Assembly (NCBI RefSeq): GCF_006345805.1
Contig: NW_021831847.1
Span: forward strand, 186,001 to 250,000
From: Octopus sinensis
Lineage: Eukaryota
Length of the DNA stretch: 64,000 nucleotides
Direction of reading: 5' to 3'
In this document: piece after piece, positions 50,809 to 64,000 of the stretch
Position numbering within the stretch: position 1 is the first letter of the stretch
Layout of the letters: each line of letters opens with the position of its first letter
Notes under the pieces: generated by a model
Databases searched by the model: none
What the model was told of the DNA's origin: nothing
Seen by the model: only the letters and a program-made list of their open reading frames with translations
Position numbers and translations under genes: made by a program

Positions 50809-53532
50809 TTAATTGAGATCAATTGAATTAAATTTAGCTCTAATGACCGTCGGGGCTATCCAACTTGGAATAGTCTTCAAAAACTCCTGAAATGAGTTCG
50901 TATCAAAGTTGCTATGTTCAAGAAGATTCCAGGAAACAGCAAACTTTGCAAGGACTGAATTCCCTGAGGACTAGACGAATTGACTTATATAAGCAAACCT
51001 TCACATCAAAGCTCAGTTTGAATAAAGAGGAGGGCAAGCCCTGAGCATAGTAAATAAATGTATTTCCAGATGCGTTCAAATTGTAAGTCTCGTTAATTGT
51101 GATGAGGTCAATTCTGGTTAGAACAGAGTGAACGGGCAGAATGACAAAACTGCAGTGGTCAGTCACTGGAGAGTGTTTATAAAACTATCACCTTCAATTT
51201 CAATGGTAAAACGTGTTGTGGCGTAAGAAATGCTAGTCCTGTCCACAACTCTGAAAGACTTGTTAAAATTGATGAGACTACGGTCATTCCACCCTTCCAG
51301 TTTATGAAGCTCACTGAATGTCCACAATAAACTAACCCAATATATTTCCGAAATGGAAGGTAGAAAGGATAGCCGTAGTATGCCTCCGACTCATTCAACA
51401 CCACCTTCTTACCACCTCCATACGAGTCGAATGGCATCATATATACTCCACAGTCCTCCAAATAAGTCACCCCATCAGTCCCCGAAAACTGACGGCAAAT
51501 GTTCTACAGAAGTAAGCCAAACTGTCCCACATTGTAAAGAACTCTCTTTTTACGAGGCTGGAGTTGGGAGGAGGAGTAGGGGAAGCCGAGAGGAGTGAAA
51601 TAGAGTACCACGACATAACACAAATAAATAAAGACAATCCACAAGACGAGTGTCCTCAGCTGGAATTTGCAATAACAGACATAGACGCCCAAAGTGGAGA
51701 CTAAAGTGACAAAAAAGGCCATTAAAAGGGAAATCGGCACATCGGAGGGGATAAACGTGCCAGTCCGACCCATAAGCGGTACGATCATCGTCATTATTCG
51801 ATAGAACATGTCCACTGACGTCAGAATGGGGATAAAGAGAACTATAACAGACAGCACGTAATTGACAGCCCTTGAGAATGAGGATACAAGGCCAAAGAGG
51901 GACAGAAAAGTAGACAAGAGGAGGGGGTATATTGTCGCCCCCAACTGATAGAAGGACATGTAGAGAGCTATCAGTGCATTCAGGAGAGCGAAGGCTTGGA
52001 GAACCAACGAAGACATGAGGAGAGGATCGTTCTACTCAAATAATGCGAATGTAAATGACCGAGTTCCAAATGAGTGCGTTCAGGTGGTGGAATGATAGAA
52101 CAACCAGGAATGGGGGTACTGCGTAGAGCACCAAATTGAAATTGAGAGCAAACCAAGTCATGTGAAGAGAGAGGGCATGGAACAGACGTGAGAGAAAATA
52201 GTTGATGCCAAATGATGCAAGGAAAGTGGCAATGACAAGAAAGACTGCAGTGGTATATATAAGACTGTATCTCATTCTAAGCACTACAAATGGGTAGAGA
52301 GGACAACTGTAGTTATGACGCATCACTCCATAGTAAGTGGAACACAAGGCAAAGACCAAGGCCCCAAGACAAAGAAAACTGACCAGCGATTGAGGAAGCA
52401 CAAAAAAATAGGTCGAGGCGACTTCAAAATAGGCCAGCTTTTGGTCAGTCGAATAAAAGTGTGGTTGAACGAGGAAAGCTTTGGTGAGGGCAAGCAAATT
52501 AATGCCTGGGAGTGAGAAGGGAGTACCTGCCTTGGAGATTGTGCAGTCATCAATACGCGTGTCCGTGTCGTCGGGCGTGTGATAGACATACCCATTGGTG
52601 AAGAAAGCCAAATCAAGGCCTGTGAATGAGTAGAAAAAACAACCCGAAACATTTCCGTAATCCCGAAAAATGCGGTAGTCCGTGTCGGAAGGAATAAGTC
52701 CGCTTTGAAACAAGTCCTGTCCTGCAGCAGTGCCATATGGGTAGGGGACCGAATCTCGGTAGAGGTACAGCAGCCAAGATGTGCCCGGACCTAAGCAAAT
52801 GACAGGAAACACTAACCCGATTGGAATAATATTGATTCCCCCCTGACCCCGACGCTTCCAGATTGACGACCCCCCGCACGTCCTTAAACCAGGGGTGTTT
52901 GGTAATGAAGCCGTGACTGGCCTGCAATATATTCTCTTCCGCCCCATTGAAAAGGAAGATTAGGCAATTTCGAGCATCCGTGGCTTGTAGAGAGACAATT
53001 CTCAACACTTCCAGCATATTGGCACAACTGATCAAGTCGTCGCTCGCCCCTCACAGTAAACCACCATTTACTCACCAGGACTCGACAGTGCGCTGTCAAA
53101 GTGACAATTTATTAGCAGACAGTCACTCGACTGTCCCACACGTACGACAATATTCTGCACTTTATCGTAGACCGAGATGAAGCTTTCCACGAAATTTAAT
53201 AAAAAAGTCCCCGAGACCACTTGTAAGTCATATACTATATTCTTGGAGTTCTGTGGACTGTTGATAATCTTCTTGACTGTTTCCAGTATGAATTGGACAG
53301 TCACATTCTCGTTCGCATTGCTCCCTGAATTTTTCACTCCAAAATTTGTCATTTGTGTGAGCAGAGTTCGGGCATTCGACACGTTAAAGTCGGTTGGTTT
53401 CGTTGACCGAATGTCGGGTTTGGGACAGTTCTGGTATAATGCAAATGATGAGATCCACCAGCAAAGAGAGATGGCACTCAAAAATGTGATTAAAGAAATC
53501 AAGAATTGGGTGGGCACTTTAACCGCTCTCAT
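50809..53532 (-). CDS. ERMP1: Endoplasmic reticulum metallopeptidase 1 (M28 family), many mini-introns
   Basis: N-terminal TM segment, [22 protein letters not shown] (after a 26-nt intron), [34 protein letters not shown], a multi-TM region and C-terminal IPSWIAP..DLN*. Confidence 0.92.
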
Positions 53533-53649
53533 TACACACGTCCATTAAAAATTTAATATTTATTAGAAAATTTATTATAACCTTCTCTTAAATGATAATT
53601 AGTTCTACATAACAAATAATTCACTATATTTTGTCGCAGTCGCGGGCAA

Positions 53650-54150
53650 GAAATTTTTCAGGTAGACTTGAATGTCCTTATCATAAAAAATGAATAAAAA
53701 GATGGAATTGCATCCATCAAAATATAAATTTAGCATCGGACAGAGTTTATTCAATTTATAATTACTTAAAAAGTTTGTATTCAGAAGGACTATGAAGCGC
53801 TTAACAAAACGTATCCAGGAGAGCGTGGCACAACTTTGCTAACGTTGTTTTGCGGTGTGCTTATTAATAATAATGGTTTCATTCTCTGCTCGTGACATAT
53901 TACGACAGTTCATTTTCAGAAAAAGAAACAAATCTATTGATTGAATTCATTAAATTGATTTTCCTCTTTCCGAAATCTTGTTTTAGCATGTAGAAATTTT
54001 GAGACATTTACACAACACAATTTTAAAGGACCAAGAAGAAATCACGCATTCCACGTAATATTTAAAGTCTAAGAAATCAATAAAAGCTCAACAATTAAAG
54101 GAAACCTTATCTTCAAATTTGAACGTGGAAAAAAAGTAAAACTTAAATTA
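53650..54150 (-). mobile_element. Degenerate mariner-like transposase remnant
   Basis: KHTAKQR..TLSW resembles PHTA....L..LGW, and LNLYFDG..FYDKDI resembles the mariner C-terminal helix. Many stops. Confidence 0.35.
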
Positions 54151-54679
54151 TTAAAATGAACTAAAACAAATTTTCATTAATTAATTCTGAAAAACTGAAT
54201 TTTTAAATGGAAATTATACAAACAATATCAACGACAACTATTTTCATCGTTTTTATCATTATTACACAAATGGACAGTCATATCATGACTGACATGTCAT
54301 TTGGAAACTTTGCATTCAATATTCTTCTTAAAAATTTATTTTAAAAATTCAAAAAAAACCTCCCTCATGGACGATTTGAGCTTCATGCCGTATAGTAGAA
54401 ATATCAAACCTAGAAAGAATATATCATAGTTAGTAAATCAATTCTAATTATTCTTATTCTGGGTTAAATTTATTTGCTTATGAGTCCACATCATCCCGGA
54501 TATCACAAACTCAAAAATTAAACAAACGTGAAAAAACACATGTGATAAGTTCGAGCTCATCGTCGTTGGGTGTTTCACTTAATGTTTATTTTGATTAAGT
54601 AGCATTGAAAATATTTAAGTGGGTAAGGAGACTATATTAAATTAATTAGTCAAAAAGCACTATTAATTAAAAATCAAAA

Positions 54680-56400
54680 TTTATTTTATATGTATCCACA
54701 CTGAATCCACGTCGAATCTTCACTAGAATTGTCGAATCCCTCAATCAAATTTGGAATATTATTTTTATCTGTTTTGCTCATTTTTTCAGATATTCTCTCC
54801 TTTGCTTCCCCGATATTGCTTATAACTGTTTCTTTGGAGGAACGCACATTTGAACAAAATAGCTCTTTAAGTTCATTAAATTGAATTGAGTCTGATTTCC
54901 TGTTTGATTTGTTAATGATTCTTAATTTAAACGGCTTCGGGCATTCCCGCTTCATTTTATTGACATTTATAAATTGACTACACTCGTCTAGACTTGACTG
55001 CTTTTCGTTATTAGTTGATTCTGAACTACTTTTTGAAGAATAGCCAGCTTTTCTCAAGAATTGTTGGTTTTTCAAAGAATGCCAAGTATTGGTTGCTTTA
55101 CTTTGGAATATTCCATATTTACTGTTATTGGTTAGTGATGAATGCCTTGAGATTTTCGTATCTTTATTAAATAATGATTTTTGTTTGCAGTCTGTTTGCA
55201 CCCTCTTAGGCGTGAGATTTGTTCCACGGCGATTTTCTCTGTTGTTCCTGTTGATAATCTATTTACCACATTTTTTATCAATTTTTCTTGTTTTTCAAAA
55301 ACTATTTTTGAGTTGTTTTCTTCAGAGTGAATAGTCTTTGTTTGGGTTTCCATTTTTTGGTTGAGATTTGGATATGACTCTTGATCTTTGGACATAGTTT
55401 GTCCCCCTTTACTAATTTCAAACTAAATTTACTGGTTTTTGTTGATGCTTCATGTTCAAAATTGTAATCATTCTTGTTATCGAATTTAAGATGTGCAATT
55501 TCTTTCGAGAGTTGTCCAAGAGCTGAATATAATTTTTGGTTTTCCTTTTAAATAATTATTTATTACTGAACTATTTTCATGTTCTTTAATTCTTGGTTTA
55601 ACTGAGAAATTTCTAGCTGTTGTTTTTTAGTTTGTTCATTCGCTCTCAGCGGATTGAGTTGTTCAAGAATCACAATTTCATTTTTCAGTTTCGCAATTTC
55701 TTTCTATTTATAAAAATAGTTATTTCTACAGCGTATATTTCGTTGTCTTGCATTATTTTGTCATTTCGTTTTTTCAAATCGACATTTTCACTTTTATGTT
55801 GAAGAAGACAAATTATCTTGGAAATCATGTTTCAAAAAATCTACTTTTTCTTTAAGAATATCAATTTCGTCTTTCAAATATTTAGATTGGTGGGATAGCG
55901 AAATCAATTCTATATTCTAAACATATATAAACGTGGTTTACTTTTTTGTGGAGACTTTCGTTGGATTTTTGTATTTCAGCCAGTTCGTCTTTGAGTTCAT
56001 TTATTTTAATTTTTAGTCGTTCTCTGAAATTATTGTTAAAAATTTTTACATTTCGAATTTGTCTGAAATATTTTCGAGATTTTTTTTTGAACATATATTT
56101 TTCATGTTCTTTTTTGATTCCATCCCCGATTGCAGTTTTAGCAGCTTAAAATAAATAAAGAATTGTTATACATTGAATAACTGGTTTCTTGACTCAATTA
56201 ATTTGTCTAAAATCCCGTACACAAAATCGCTCAAATAAAAATCGTTTCCATTCTTCACATTTTCAACACACAATATGTTTGTAGAATTTTCAGTAATCTT
56301 ATTGATTATGTTTGATTGGTTTTACTTGTTTCAATTCGTGCATTAAGTCTACTTGTGTCTCAATTTTCATCGATTGGATGTTTTCGATTATAGTTTCTCC
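54680..56400 (-). pseudogene. Degenerate coiled-coil/low-complexity ORF, possibly LINE ORF1-like
   Basis: K/E/N/S-rich broken ORFs (55882-56094, 55132-55395, 54686-55201) with no introns and no diagnostic motif. Confidence 0.2.
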
Positions 56401-57183
56401 ATTTCTTCCTTTGACAAGAATTCCAATAATCAACAACAGAATCTTTTTTAATTCAATAATCAATTTATCTATGAATATTATCTAAGCAACTAATTGGCAC
56501 CCAGCGGGACACTTGAAGTGTCATTTGGCATATTTGGAGACAATCCCGTAATAATTTGACCAAAATCCTTATAAATAAATACTCATGAGTGCTGCCTACT
56601 TGGTATATGTTGTGAATTCTCAAAACTAATAATTCCCAGTTCAAGTTAGATAGGTCTTGTGAGTTTATTGCACCCTCACTGTTTACTAGTATAATTGGAA
56701 TAAATATTAATACAAGAAATCTAATATTTTCCAATGATATTCTGGATTAAAAATTGACTCGCCACATCCGTCGCCGTCTTGATTTTTTATTAGTGAAATC
56801 TATCAAGTTTTGCCAGGTTTCCTACCAGTTTCACCAAGGAACTCTCCATAAAAAGTTGGTATTCGTCCATTTGAGCGACGATTGCTCGGTGCTCTATTAT
56901 AGTCGTAGCTTAAAGTGCTCGTCAATGGCAACAGAATTTATTTTTACTGATTTACCACAATAGCTTCTTTTTTATTACATTTTAATTAGACTGTGATTAA
57001 ACATCAAAACTTTCGACATATCTTGGACCATCTCCCGACTTTTTATTAAAAATGTAAAATTTAGAGTTTTGGTTGAAGCTAGAGTTGAAATTTGATTATA
57101 GTAGGGCCGAAAAAGATAAACTGTGTGAATCGACAACATAAACAATGTTAATGTGTTATTCTGGGAGGTGATTATGAATGGTG

Positions 57184-64000
<6,817 letters not shown>

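Noticed and set aside
56465-56734. ORF with a signal-peptide-like start
   Set aside because: It has a non-ATG start in AT-rich DNA and no supporting domain or intron structure.

Overview
This is AT-rich animal genomic DNA with spliceosomal mini-introns of about 23-30 nt. That size is reminiscent of highly reduced parasites such as dicyemids or myxozoans, but the taxon is an inference. All recognisable host protein genes lie on the minus strand: S-adenosylmethionine decarboxylase (AMD1), RFC4, RPS28 (5' end unresolved), ERMP1, and a very large extracellular protein. The latter has tandem Caspr/neurexin-IV-type fibrinogen-like modules followed by EGF, vWD-C8-TIL and EGF domains, and runs off the right edge. 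Two identical tRNA-Glu(TTC) genes lie on the plus strand. Most of the remaining DNA is nested mobile elements: Tc1, mariner, pogo/Tigger, several hAT families with 8-bp TSDs, a complete non-autonomous Helitron, Ginger-like integrase remnants, RTE-like and other LINEs, and multiple CRE-like RLE retroelement pieces. The most striking feature is an endogenous rhabdovirus-like L (RdRp) gene. One copy is split by a pogo transposon and reads in frame across the insertion. A second, partial copy 11 kb away has been amplified into a 223-bp tandem array and appears to preserve the L segment deleted from the first copy. All calls come from manual reading and recalled family motifs; no database searches were run.
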